Below, piece after piece: positions 1 through 10,189 of a stretch of DNA of 54,084 nucleotides. Every line of letters begins with the position of its first letter. Position 1 is the first letter of the stretch. A program made the position numbers and the translations under genes. The stretch comes from Corallochytrium limacisporum Hawaii (Eukaryota > Protista > Pluriformea), in contig PDIP01000084.1 of NCBI GenBank assembly GCA_002811645.1, positions 44,609 to 98,692 of the forward strand, read 5' to 3'. The notes below the pieces were generated by a model. That model searched no databases. It saw only the letters and a list, made by a program, of their open reading frames with translations, and was not told where the DNA came from.

Positions 1-571
1 GAATTGTGCAAATTTTTGTTGAACACCGGTTTTTCGAAATTCTGCACTTTTTTATTGAACAGAGGTTGGTACTTTTTGTACTGGGAGCACATGATCACCT
101 GATGATAAAGATTTCTAATTTGCAAAAGCTGGCAAATCACACCCCAGGGCTGGCTCCCATCCTGGAGTCCACGATTATATAGTTAATGTACTACATTTCG
201 AACGGCCATATCGGGACTATTCGGGTGCGTCGTCCGGACCGGGGACAGAGCGAGGAAGAAAATTTTCCTTTAATTTTTGACGATGTTTTTCCGTCCGAGG
301 TCAGCCGCATTTAAAGCAAGCAAAGGCAAAACACAGAAAAGACTGGGAGAGGAACCTCCGCCGCAAACACACACACCCTTCCCCCCCCCACCCCACAACA
401 CTGGCCGACTTCAGACGCCTCCAGCCCTGAGTATCGCCAGTCAACCGACCTTTTATTCTGCCAGCGGGTAGGAACCGAAATAAAAAAAAGGGAGAGAGAA
501 CTTTGTCAAAATCCCGGGTACACTTCTACGGCCGGACAATCGATGGTGTAGATAAAGACACACGGCGAGCA

Positions 572-591
572 AGAGAGAGAGAGAGAGAGAG
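572..591 (+). repeat. (GA)n microsatellite
   Basis: About 10 AG units. Confidence 0.9.
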
Positions 592-1728
592 GTACAAGAA
601 GGACAAAGTGGGGGTGTCTAACAAAAAAAGCACTGGGCTTTGGGGGAAGACGCAGGGATAAAACAGAAAAGTGACAAGCGGGAACGGAACACCCCTGCGC
701 ACCCCCGTACCCCCACACAACGGCCGGTGGAGGGCTCTCTGCCCCCCAACCCCCCATGAACTCCGACACTGAGGTCCAGGACCGGGGCAGGCGGGTGGGT
801 TTTGAAGGGCGTATGTTAAGTACTGGAGCGGGGGGAAACAGAGAAGAGAGAGAGCGACGAGAGAAGACTTGGGCACCCCGGGCGGCCCACAGAGCGGGCA
901 GTGTGGGTTCGCACGTCACCGAGAGGAAATGGGGAAGAAAGGGAGGGGGGGAAGGGACGACGGAAAGAGAGGTGGTGGTGTCGGTTCCCCGTCCGCCGAT
1001 TACTTTAGTATTTAATATATTGATTTTTGTTTAGCAAATTTCGTAATATTCCTTTTTTGGGTCCGGGATGGGGGAAGAGGCGAGCGGTCGTCCGTACGCA
1101 GCAAACGTAGCTCCTGTCTTAGCTTCCAGTGTTCTACCTGCTATCAAAATTTCTATACAATGGACCAAGTACATTCAGTATGAAAACATCACAACACAGA
1201 TTAGCGGGACGGGGAGAGAGGTGTCCGAACAACACCGTCACAGCTCGAGTACTGCGACATCTGGGTCCGTAGTGAGAGTACCCACCCGTTCCCCCGGGCG
1301 GGGGGCAGGAGCCCCACGGGAGTGTGGAAGGCGCGAATGCGGGTCTTGCGCCGCCACGCAGGGCGACCAGCACACAGGCACTTCATGTGGGGTCAGTTTG
1401 TACAAGAACTTTTTCTCTACCAAACAAGCCATGTGGTTCCTCTAGCTTCTTTTGGTTGGTAACGTGTCGAATTTCCTTTTTTTTTTTGAATCGGAAAATA
1501 TTCTTGCCCGTGCGCACAACTGGTATTTAGCTGCTGCCATCTGTGGTAGCCATGGCATTTGTTCAGAACCAGATGTAGTCTACATGTGCCATTGATACGA
1601 TTGGGATACACTGGCGATTCAGTTACTATTAAAATGTCTTTGTAGACTAGTTCTTTCATTTTTTCTGGACACGGCTAGAGACCAGTGAGTTCTCAATAAC
1701 AGGCTAAGGTGACTTAGGAGCGATCAGC

Positions 1729-4518
1729 ATGTCAAACACTTTACTAATCGTTAACTTCTCAGAATTTGTGTGGCTGAGGCCACCTCCTGATAGTGAACTA
1801 TATGAATGTGAAGGAAGCGGTGACCATGACTGCGAAAACGAAAAACAAAATCATTACACTGTTCTTCAGTTGTTAAAGGAGACGGGACCGGAGTTCAATT
1901 TGCACGATGTAAGGTGGGAGAAACCTGCAAAGTCTAAAGCATTGTCCAAGGAAGTCTTTGGAGGCAAGTTGGATGATGGAAGTGGTAGTCTCCACAATGA
2001 AGTCGATATGCCCAAAGTGGCAAGTAGCACCAGCATTGCCACTAAGGGGTCTGGAGAAAAGTTTGCCGTCACGGAGGTGTCAACTAACGATGAATTCTTT
2101 GACCGTGACGAAGAAACGGACAAGGTGAAAGGACAAGTAGCAGCCATTATCTTGGACTCAAAAGGTGACTCGTCGGATGGGATGCCACGGGCTGATTCCA
2201 CCCGCAGTGGAACAGGAAGTCGCTTCACGGTCAGGGAGTCAACATCTCAAGGAAGTGGCTTAGCAACCGTTGATCTGGATTCCCCCGAAACCCGAAACGA
2301 GAAGCCTCAGTCCGTCAAAGCTGGAGGCCGGAAGAACGGCGAAAAGAAGAAAGAAGTAGATGTGCGGCCATCAACTATGTCACAGAAAACGGGCAAGACA
2401 AAGCTCATCCAGTTCCATGCCGCCGCTCGTCTGCAACGTGTGCTTTACGAGCTGCAGGCAGTTAGACCAATCTGGCATGTCGCGATCGATGGCAGGACCA
2501 TCGGATTCCAAAAATTTGAAGACGTGCCTGACATGAATAAGGAATCTACTTCGCATCCGGACAGTGAGAGTGATGAGGACCTAGTTGAAGGCCGGCGCAT
2601 GACTGTCATCTTCTCTCACAATGATGGCCAGGAAGCCATGTCAGTCCTTAGCTCCCATGGTTTCGGTTCAGTGTTTGGTACTGTGCATTCGATGCCTTTA
2701 CACATTTCTAAGTACGGTGATGACGACTACGATTCTGAGTCAAACGATTCTGATTCTGATTCTGAGGATGAAGGTCTCATCACGCGGGAACCCTCCAAGC
2801 GGAGCAACGGAAAGAAGGACAAGAAGAAGCAAAAGGATCAACTTAAATTGGGAGGCCAAGGTGTTAACAAAGATGACATCATGTACAATTTTGTGAGCAC
2901 AATGCAATCCAAGCTGATTGTTGAACAGGTCGCGGAAGGTGTGCTGGCCTCTGCCGTCCCAACGTTTGACTACTTTGCCTTGGCTGTCGTAGCATCTCTC
3001 ATTTCCACATTTGGTTTGCTCTTCGACAGCGCTGTTATTGTCGTGGCTGCTATGTTGGTTAGTCCACTTATGGGCCCCATCATGAGCTACACTTTTGGAT
3101 GGGTCATTCGTAGTGACATCATGGTTTCAACTGGCTGGAGATCTGAACTGATTGGAATGGCGGTTTGCCTTGTCACAGGGTGGATCGTTGGAATCTTCTA
3201 CCAATTGTTTGTACACTCATACGTCGACGAGCTGCCATACACGGACCAAATTTCCAGCCGTGGTACCTGGCAGGCGTTGGTGCAAGGTGTCTGTATTGCT
3301 ATACCTTCCGGCGCTGGTGTTGCTCTGTCTCTTTTGAAAAACAATCAAAGCTCTCTGGTCGGTGTGGCCATCAGTGCCAGCCTGTTGCCGCCCATTGTCA
3401 ACTCGGGCTTGTTGTATTCATATGCCATGATTGGACCCAATTTGTTCACAATTACCCGGACCCGTGGCGAGTATGTGGTCGCTGCGTCCTACTCCCTTGC
3501 GCTGGCATTTATTAACGTGCTTCTGATTGTAGCTGTGGCCGCTGCAACCTTTAAGTTCAAGCAGGTGGCGCCCTTCCCGGGCAAAAGTGAATTCTGGAAG
3601 ACGGATGTCAACGCCATGCAGCAGACGAACGCCGCCCTCAAGGACATGGAGTACAATGAGCCAGGTGAGCTCCAGAAGCTCGCTGTTTGGGCCAAGTCGT
3701 TCGTCACGCGGAAGTCGGATGTTACCGATCATGCTCATGAAATGGAAGTTGGCAGCATCAAGTTTGACCAGGACCATAATTCACAGTCCATCATGTCTGC
3801 CGGACAAGTGCATCAACTGAATGGCCACGCGCTGGGCACTCTCGAAAGCGACCATGGCGTGTCTCACACGGTACATACGCACTCTCCTAGGCCTTCGAAT
3901 TCTCTGACTATGCGGTCCCGCAAAGGCCATCGTCGCGTCCAGTCAGCGGCCGCCGGCGCCGGCCAGCTTGGTCCTGGTTTTGTAGGCTCCAAGGAGACCA
4001 TCATGGACTTCCAAAGACGCCGCAATGAACAGCAGCGACAGGCTGCACTCCTGGCTGCGATCAACCATACAGGCTTGAACGTGGACGCTTACAATACTAT
4101 TGGACCCTTTACGCCGTCCAATGGTGACACTATTCATGCCCTGAGGACTCCAAACCAGCGCAACCTTCTGACAGTCACACCTTACGCAGTTCCGACTGTC
4201 GATGAGGCTGGAAATCAGGACACATTTGTGCCCACACCGGCCAATCTGGCCGCCCTATTTGGGTCCCAGGAGCATGAGACCATGGGTCACCAAGCTCGCA
4301 CATCAACCCTGCGCCGACGTCCTCGCACGCCCATTACCACAGGCACATCTGAAGGTGGAGAAGTTCGGCGCTACGTGTCCATCAATGCTGATGATGACGC
4401 CATCGAGGAGGTGCCTCCCACTATTCAGGAGATCTTTGAGGGTCGTAAGAGTGTGGTCCACGTTACCAAGCCCAGCCGTCGCTCTGGTGCCAAGAAGCAC
4501 TACAAGAAGAACCGCTAA
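1729..4518 (+). CDS. DUF389-family multi-pass membrane protein with long low-complexity N- and C-terminal extensions
   Basis: 929-aa ORF. Central hydrophobic block has DUF389 motifs (ASLISTFGLLFDSAVIVVAAMLVSPLMGPI; IAIPSGAGVALS; SSLVGVAISASLLPPIVNSG). Ends in KKNR, a KKxx motif. Start is uncertain because of a possible intron acceptor at 1762. Confidence 0.9.
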   Translation: MSNTLLIVNFSEFVWLRPPPDSELYECEGSGDHDCENEKQNHYTVLQLLKETGPEFNLHDVRWEKPAKSKALSKEVFGGKLDDGSGSLHNEVDMPKVASSTSIATKGSGEKFAVTEVSTNDEFFDRDEETDKVKGQVAAIILDSKGDSSDGMPRADSTRSGTGSRFTVRESTSQGSGLATVDLDSPETRNEKPQSVKAGGRKNGEKKKEVDVRPSTMSQKTGKTKLIQFHAAARLQRVLYELQAVRPIWHVAIDGRTIGFQKFEDVPDMNKESTSHPDSESDEDLVEGRRMTVIFSHNDGQEAMSVLSSHGFGSVFGTVHSMPLHISKYGDDDYDSESNDSDSDSEDEGLITREPSKRSNGKKDKKKQKDQLKLGGQGVNKDDIMYNFVSTMQSKLIVEQVAEGVLASAVPTFDYFALAVVASLISTFGLLFDSAVIVVAAMLVSPLMGPIMSYTFGWVIRSDIMVSTGWRSELIGMAVCLVTGWIVGIFYQLFVHSYVDELPYTDQISSRGTWQALVQGVCIAIPSGAGVALSLLKNNQSSLVGVAISASLLPPIVNSGLLYSYAMIGPNLFTITRTRGEYVVAASYSLALAFINVLLIVAVAAATFKFKQVAPFPGKSEFWKTDVNAMQQTNAALKDMEYNEPGELQKLAVWAKSFVTRKSDVTDHAHEMEVGSIKFDQDHNSQSIMSAGQVHQLNGHALGTLESDHGVSHTVHTHSPRPSNSLTMRSRKGHRRVQSAAAGAGQLGPGFVGSKETIMDFQRRRNEQQRQAALLAAINHTGLNVDAYNTIGPFTPSNGDTIHALRTPNQRNLLTVTPYAVPTVDEAGNQDTFVPTPANLAALFGSQEHETMGHQARTSTLRRRPRTPITTGTSEGGEVRRYVSINADDDAIEEVPPTIQEIFEGRKSVVHVTKPSRRSGAKKHYKKNR

Positions 4519-5027
4519 GCCTTTGAAAGTGTCAAATGCGAAAAAAATTAAATGTACCTAGATCACCCTTGTACCATAAAGGATCCTCCACCCGCTCAAC
4601 CCTGAAACTCTCACAATGGTCCCCTACTTTTCCACTGCGGTGGAGAGGGCGGAATAAATAGGCCCCCGTTCGCATAAAGAATCTTCCTCCTAGGCCAGTG
4701 GTAGAAGGGAGGGGGGCGATTAATATTGGTACCCATCGGTGCCCGTGGTACTGCCAGTGACGACAAATTTTTATCCAGTCTCTCCGTTTCTGTCTCTGGC
4801 TGTCCAAAACGGGGGCAGCATGAAGGTGCCCAGCCATTCCCCATACTGGTAAGTTGCGGGGGGGGGAGGGGGGCGGGGAGACGCCTTGGGCTCTCTCTCC
4901 GGCTTTAGCGATTTCGATTTCTCCGTGTCTGGTGCAATCCCAGAGAGTTGGGGGTGGGGAGGAGCCGGGCAGGTAACGCGCACTCCACCTGCTGCAACGG
5001 GTCGCAGTGCGAGGCAAGGGGCCACTC

Positions 5028-6525
5028 ATGGACGATCGACAAGGACTGTCGCTTCTAAATACGATCAATGCAGGTATGTAAGACTGAGCCATGCTCGTCG
5101 ACTTGCGGAAAATAGTGTCTGGTTTACTCATTGCGAGAAAGCCGCCAGGCTATGCAGACAGCCTTAACCAGATTTAAGCCATCTCTAGAACGCACGCGAA
5201 GCTTGCTTATCCAACGGTTCACGGGCATAGGGAAAACTTGACTAGCTGCAGCCATGAGAAAGATTAAGCACTCAGATGAGTCTGGTCACTATGAACAGGA
5301 ATTGGAGCGGGAGCTTTTCCTGGAAGACTTCCGCAAGGAATGGGCTGCAGAGATCAAGCAGCACGCGGAAACCAATGTAACCAAATCTAATACTTTCCAG
5401 GCTTCCTCATCGTCGGCCCAGCAGAGGAGTGGAGATCATGTCGTGCCCGAGAGCTCTGTGATGGAGGAAGCATTGGAGTATTTTGAGAAAGCTGTGGCCC
5501 TGGAACAAGCGGGCATGGCCAAAGACTCTCTACCATACTATCGAAAGGCCTTCCAGATTGTGCCAGACATCGATAGGAAGGTTGAGTGGACACGGAGACA
5601 AAGGAAAAATGACAGTCAGAAAGCAAGCGGTAGTAAGGGTGCCAAAGTAGAGTCATCAGAGATGGAACTGCAAACTGTAGTTCCGGAAACTGACTACCAC
5701 AGTGGATCGGTACTTATAGAGGCGTTTGAACGCATGAGTGTGGCTGAAAATGGACCGATCACCGTCCAACCCGCACGTCCTACATCCAAGACGCATATTG
5801 GTCAACTTCCGGATGAGATTATAAGCCGAATTTTGCGGTATGCGCTGGATTCAAACGTGGACACTCGCACTCTAGATGTTTGCGCACAGGTCTGTCGCAA
5901 GTGGTACCTCATCGCCCGTGATCCGGAACTATGGAAAGCCGCCTGTGTCCACATTTGGGGACCCAATGGCGCTCATGACCCTCGTTACAACAAGGAGTGG
6001 CGGCGCATGTTCGTTGACCGTCCTAGGGTCAGACTGGACGGGGTCTACATCGGCAAAAGCGAGTACACACGGCACGGAGAGAAGACCATAGATAATTACC
6101 ACCCTTTGCACCACGTCGAATACTTCCGCTATCTCCGCTTTTTGCCTCGGAACAAGGTCGTGTACACCTGCACCCCGGAAGCGCCGCAGACTATGGTTAC
6201 AAAGCTGAAGCGTGGAAATTTGCCAGCCGGTGACCAGGCCGCAGTCTACGGAGAGTATTTTCTTACGGGCGACAGAGTCATTATTATGGCGCACAAGGCC
6301 AAGGGCAAGAAATTAGATCCGTGGTTTAGACCACGGACCACACACATGGAACTTTCGATCGTGTCCGGCAAGACTCGGCGCAACTACCGTTTGCAGTGGG
6401 AGATGTATAAGATCCAAAACTTCAACCACGACGGCAGCACAGAGGAGACGGAGTTCGGCACTCAGTTTGGTACTGGATTTGAAGACATGATCTTCTCCAA
6501 GGTCAAGAGCTACGCTCTCCTGTAA
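5028..6525 (+). CDS. FBXO9: F-box protein 9 / Hrt3 homolog; probable join(5028..5073,5252..6525)
   Basis: TPR/MIT-like segment EEALEYFEKAVALEQAG..YYRKAFQIVPDID, F-box IGQLPDEIISRIL..VCRKWY..DPELWK, and FBXO9 C-terminal RPRVRLDGVYI..YHPLHHVEYFRYLRF. An upstream exon MDDRQGLSLLNTINA splices in frame through an intron at 5074-5251. Confidence 0.92.
5074..5251 (+). other. Spliceosomal intron (178 nt, phase 1) in FBXO9
   Basis: CAG|GTATGT donor, TTGAC branch-like motif, TGCAG| acceptor. Splicing joins ATG5028 in frame to the main ORF (1320 nt total). Confidence 0.75.
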
Positions 6526-6729
6526 TAAGTGTGCTGCAGTAATCACGAGCACAAGGATAATCCTAATACAGCATCACGAGTTTGCGAACTACAGGTTTAC
6601 TGGATCTGCGCTTGCTACACACTCCTACTCTACTCTGTGCTCTGCGTTCTGCGTTGTCGACATCGACATGGAAGACATTGAAGTAATCAAGAAGGCAAAG
6701 GAGCCACACAGAGGAGAGCAAAACCAAAA

Positions 6730-6777
6730 CCAATGGATCTATATTTACATAACCTAGCCAATGGATCTATATTTACA
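6730..6777. repeat. 20-bp direct repeat CCAATGGATCTATATTTACA x2 (period 28); reads TGTAAATA on the minus strand
   Basis: Exact copies at 6730-6749 and 6758-6777, in the convergent gap between FBXO9 and the phosphatase. Confidence 0.9.
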
Positions 6778-6932
6778 AAATACGGCAATGATATATCACA
6801 AGGAACCGGCCTAATGACATTTGAATACTTTCTGGATCGCACTGGGACCCGAATTTCTATGAAGCCAATGGAGCCATCAACGAGCAGCCCTGTTTTCTTT
6901 ATCTCTTGAAGTTACTAGTACGAATTTTCTAC

Positions 6933-8375
6933 TTATAAGCCATGGTCATGCTGGCGATGGACGTGGCGGTCAGAAGGCTGCTCGACAGTCCTCAGATGCT
7001 TGTCCTTTGTGATCGTCAGGTGGTCGACCTCTTGGTTGTCCGGAGCACTGTATTGGCGCCAAGACACGTGGGTAGCAGTAACTTCGAGCACACCGTATCC
7101 ATAACCTTCGTACTGTTTGGCAGTTGTAGGCGCCGTGGGCTTGAGGAAAGGTTCCACCAGCTCGCGGTTGCCACCATTGCCGACAGTCACGTGAACAGGA
7201 CTTTTGGGCTTGTGGTAGTGTGAGAGCATGATGCCATCATCCCGATCAGGGGTGCCCCAACGGGCAGGCCAGTTGCGCTCATATGAGTGGATATGGCCAT
7301 TAAAGTAGACATCAACACTGTGCTTGATCAGGAGTTCCTCGAATCCCCACTTGCGGATATGATTAGAACCTTCGCCGGTCATGACCCAGATGCCTTCAGA
7401 CAAAGTCTTGGCATTCTCACCGCAGAAATACTCCCGAGCACTGCAGTGCATAGGACGATGTCCAAGCACAATGACCCAAGGAGTTTTAGTGCGGTCCACC
7501 GCCGCGAGATCGCTATCAAGCCATTCATACTGCTCACGTACCGAAGTCTCGTTGGAGTAGAAATACAGCTCAGTGCTGAAACTCACAAGGTGAACATGGG
7601 GAATGTCTATGGACCAGTACATGGGGCTCGTGGACTTAGAGGCCTTATGGGGAAGAGTAAACCTGTTAAGGTAATGGCTAAAGTCATACCAAAACTCATG
7701 ATTGCCCATAGTAGTGAGGTAAGGCATGCGAGAGGCGACCGGCTGAATAGCACGCATGAAGCCATCACCAACAGTGCCATTGTCGGTATGGAAATCATAA
7801 GCAAAGTCGCCTAGCTGCACTGCACCGTGCAGAGCCTCCTCACGGGCACGCTTCTCGATAAGGGATAGGGACACGGGATTTTCATATCCCATGTCACCCC
7901 ACATGATCAGCTTCAAAGGTTCGTCGGAGTGAAGCCTCTTGGGCAAGACTTCGAGCATCATAGTCGAAGACCAACCTACAGTGTTATCGCCAACCTGGTA
8001 GCGAAAGTGACGGTGGCCTCCCTTAGACCACTTCTTGAGGTCAACAACAACTTCATGGAAGAGCTGGTCAAAGCTACCGGGTTCACTACCTGGCTCCTGA
8101 TAAAGCCAACTCCGGCCGGTAAAAATTTCACCATGTTCTTCATACTCGTCATGGTATTCCCAAATGTTAACCTGAGCATTGTAGTGTGAAAGCGGGTCCG
8201 TGCCATTCATCACACGAGGAGTCACGGCTGTGGCCCAGCGGAAAACATACTCGTTCTTGTGTCCGTTAAGGTTGTATGGACCAACATGGATCTGTTCCGG
8301 CGGCTGCTGCACGGCCCATCCCCAAGTGCCGACCACAGCTACCAAGAGAACCAGAATTGCATAGCTACGGTGCAT
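6933..8375 (-). CDS. ACP7: Secreted purple acid phosphatase (ACP7/PAPL type)
   Basis: Signal peptide MHRSYAILVLLVAVVGTWGWA, FN3-like PPEQIH..YQVG, and the five metal-binding motifs GDMG, GDFAY, GNHE, GHRP, GHIH. Confidence 0.93.
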   Translation of the reverse strand: MHRSYAILVLLVAVVGTWGWAVQQPPEQIHVGPYNLNGHKNEYVFRWATAVTPRVMNGTDPLSHYNAQVNIWEYHDEYEEHGEIFTGRSWLYQEPGSEPGSFDQLFHEVVVDLKKWSKGGHRHFRYQVGDNTVGWSSTMMLEVLPKRLHSDEPLKLIMWGDMGYENPVSLSLIEKRAREEALHGAVQLGDFAYDFHTDNGTVGDGFMRAIQPVASRMPYLTTMGNHEFWYDFSHYLNRFTLPHKASKSTSPMYWSIDIPHVHLVSFSTELYFYSNETSVREQYEWLDSDLAAVDRTKTPWVIVLGHRPMHCSAREYFCGENAKTLSEGIWVMTGEGSNHIRKWGFEELLIKHSVDVYFNGHIHSYERNWPARWGTPDRDDGIMLSHYHKPKSPVHVTVGNGGNRELVEPFLKPTAPTTAKQYEGYGYGVLEVTATHVSWRQYSAPDNQEVDHLTITKDKHLRTVEQPSDRHVHRQHDHGL

Positions 8376-9981
8376 GGTTCCAGATAATTTGCCGTGTCCG
8401 CGTCTAAACCATGCGTAACGTGTGTTCGATGCCTCGCAATGATAGTGACGTAAGACCTGTCAAGTACCATTAATGGATCTCAGTGCCGGTCAGTCAACAC
8501 AATTATTCCTGAGTTCGTCTGCCACGCACAACTCAACTCCAATTCGCTCGCCACCAAACCACTTGGCTTTTTAGCTATGCTCCTGATTTACACTACGCGC
8601 CAAAAAGGCACTCCGGGCCATATATAACCCACGGAACTTTGCCTTGACAATTGCGAGTATACGCAACTTGAGCCTCTGGGGTTCAAAGTTTCCGTCTTCC
8701 CACACGTCGGGGGGAGGGAGGGGGGGGCGGAGGCGCCACGCAACTCCGCCGACTCACCCACTATGCGGGTCTCTCGCTATAAAAAAACTGGCCTACGCGC
8801 GCGCACTGCCGCCCGCCGAAGGAAAAGCCGAGCTCTTCCGTGAGCAACTTCTTGGGCCAACCCGTTCTATTCCGGACGGGTAGGCTAGCAGGTTCCGGTA
8901 CTGAATGTCCCCAGTTTTCAGGAAGGGGACATATTAGGACAATTTGAGAGCAAGCGAGTCTCTGGCACTGGAAACAAGAAGAAATGACGATCTTCGTACG
9001 CGTTTTCCCATAATAAACGTACTACATCGACCGCACGTGTTGCTGACACAAGCTTTGTCAAGGGCAACTTCGAAAACGTCGGTCGCGAGCCGCAGGTGAG
9101 GAGAATCTTCGCTTGAAACAAGGAGATCGGGAGGTCAGGAGTGAAACAGCCAATCACCGCGGCTTGTGCGCCAACGATGTGTAGAGCCGGCAATTTGGAG
9201 GTCTGATGGAGATGTGTCTCCGATGGCGTACACCTCACCGGCGACCTGAACGTCTCGATCATTGTGGTCATCTTTGCCGTCTCCACTCACTTCAAGCGTG
9301 GTAGTTCACATGTATGGAAACTTTACTTTCGCCACAAACATCCTCTTTTCCTCGCTTTCATCAGACTTGAACATGTCCAGCAGGAGCATTGAGCTAATCG
9401 GAGATGATGACAGTCCATCCAGAGACCCGCTCCAGACTCTGTGTGCACTGGGCGACCCGAACTCACCCCTTGGTTTGTTTTAAGAGGCAGGATGAGATCC
9501 ACCTGCCGTCCCTTGAGCAGTACCCAGCAGTTGACCGGTAAAAATTGAAGAGTTAACTTGGGTTAGGGGGTTTTTTGTTAGCGCTTGGCCGGAACGGCAG
9601 GGCCTTCCAGCATTGTACCAACACCTACCCTCGCCCGTGCTGGTGCCCGCACACCGGTGCCCAATTTTCGAACCGAGCGTGGGGGACTGAACTCCGTCAT
9701 TCTTCCATAAGATACTATAATTGAACGGGGGTAGATCCTTCGAAAGCGAGTATCCTCAGTAGCAATTGTCTCTTAGGGAATGGGAGTCTATTTAATGTCG
9801 CTGCCCACTGGCCAAAATGGGGGCCGATTTAATTGCCTGGCTGCCAGTGGATGATGTGAGCTCGAGGCGTTACATATAGGACACAGCCAAACCTGCACAG
9901 ACTTGCTTCAAAAGGAAAGCAGTCCACACAGCCGTGCTGTTTTCATTGTGACATTTCCCCTTCCCCCCACTCCCCGCCCCC

Positions 9982-10189
9982 NNNNNNNNNNNNNNNNNNN
10001 NNNNNNNNNNNNNNNNNNNNNNNNNNNNNNNNNNNNNNNNNNNNNNNNNNNNNNNNNNNNNNNNNNNNNNNNNNNNNNNNNNNNNNNNNNNNNNNNNNNN
10101 NNNNNNNNNNNNNNNNNNNNNNNNNNNNNNNNNNNNNNNNNNNNNNNNNNNNNNNNNNNNNNNNNNNNNNNNNNNNNNNNNNNNNNNNN
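9982..10189. other. Assembly gap (N run) flanked on both sides by poly-C tracts
   Basis: Ns; CCCCTTCCCCCCACTCCCCGCCCCC on the left and CCCCTCCC on the right. Confidence 0.99.

Noticed and set aside
7-47. Imperfect inverted repeat GTGCAAATTT...AAATTCTGCAC at the window start
   Set aside because: Short, AT-rich and without context at the window edge; compatible with chance.
8934-9479. Minus-strand frame of about 180 codons interrupted only by two TGA codons (selenoprotein or recoding?)
   Set aside because: No recognisable selenoprotein motif or SECIS; real genes here use TGA as stop; several such frames are expected by chance in about 25 kb of non-coding DNA.
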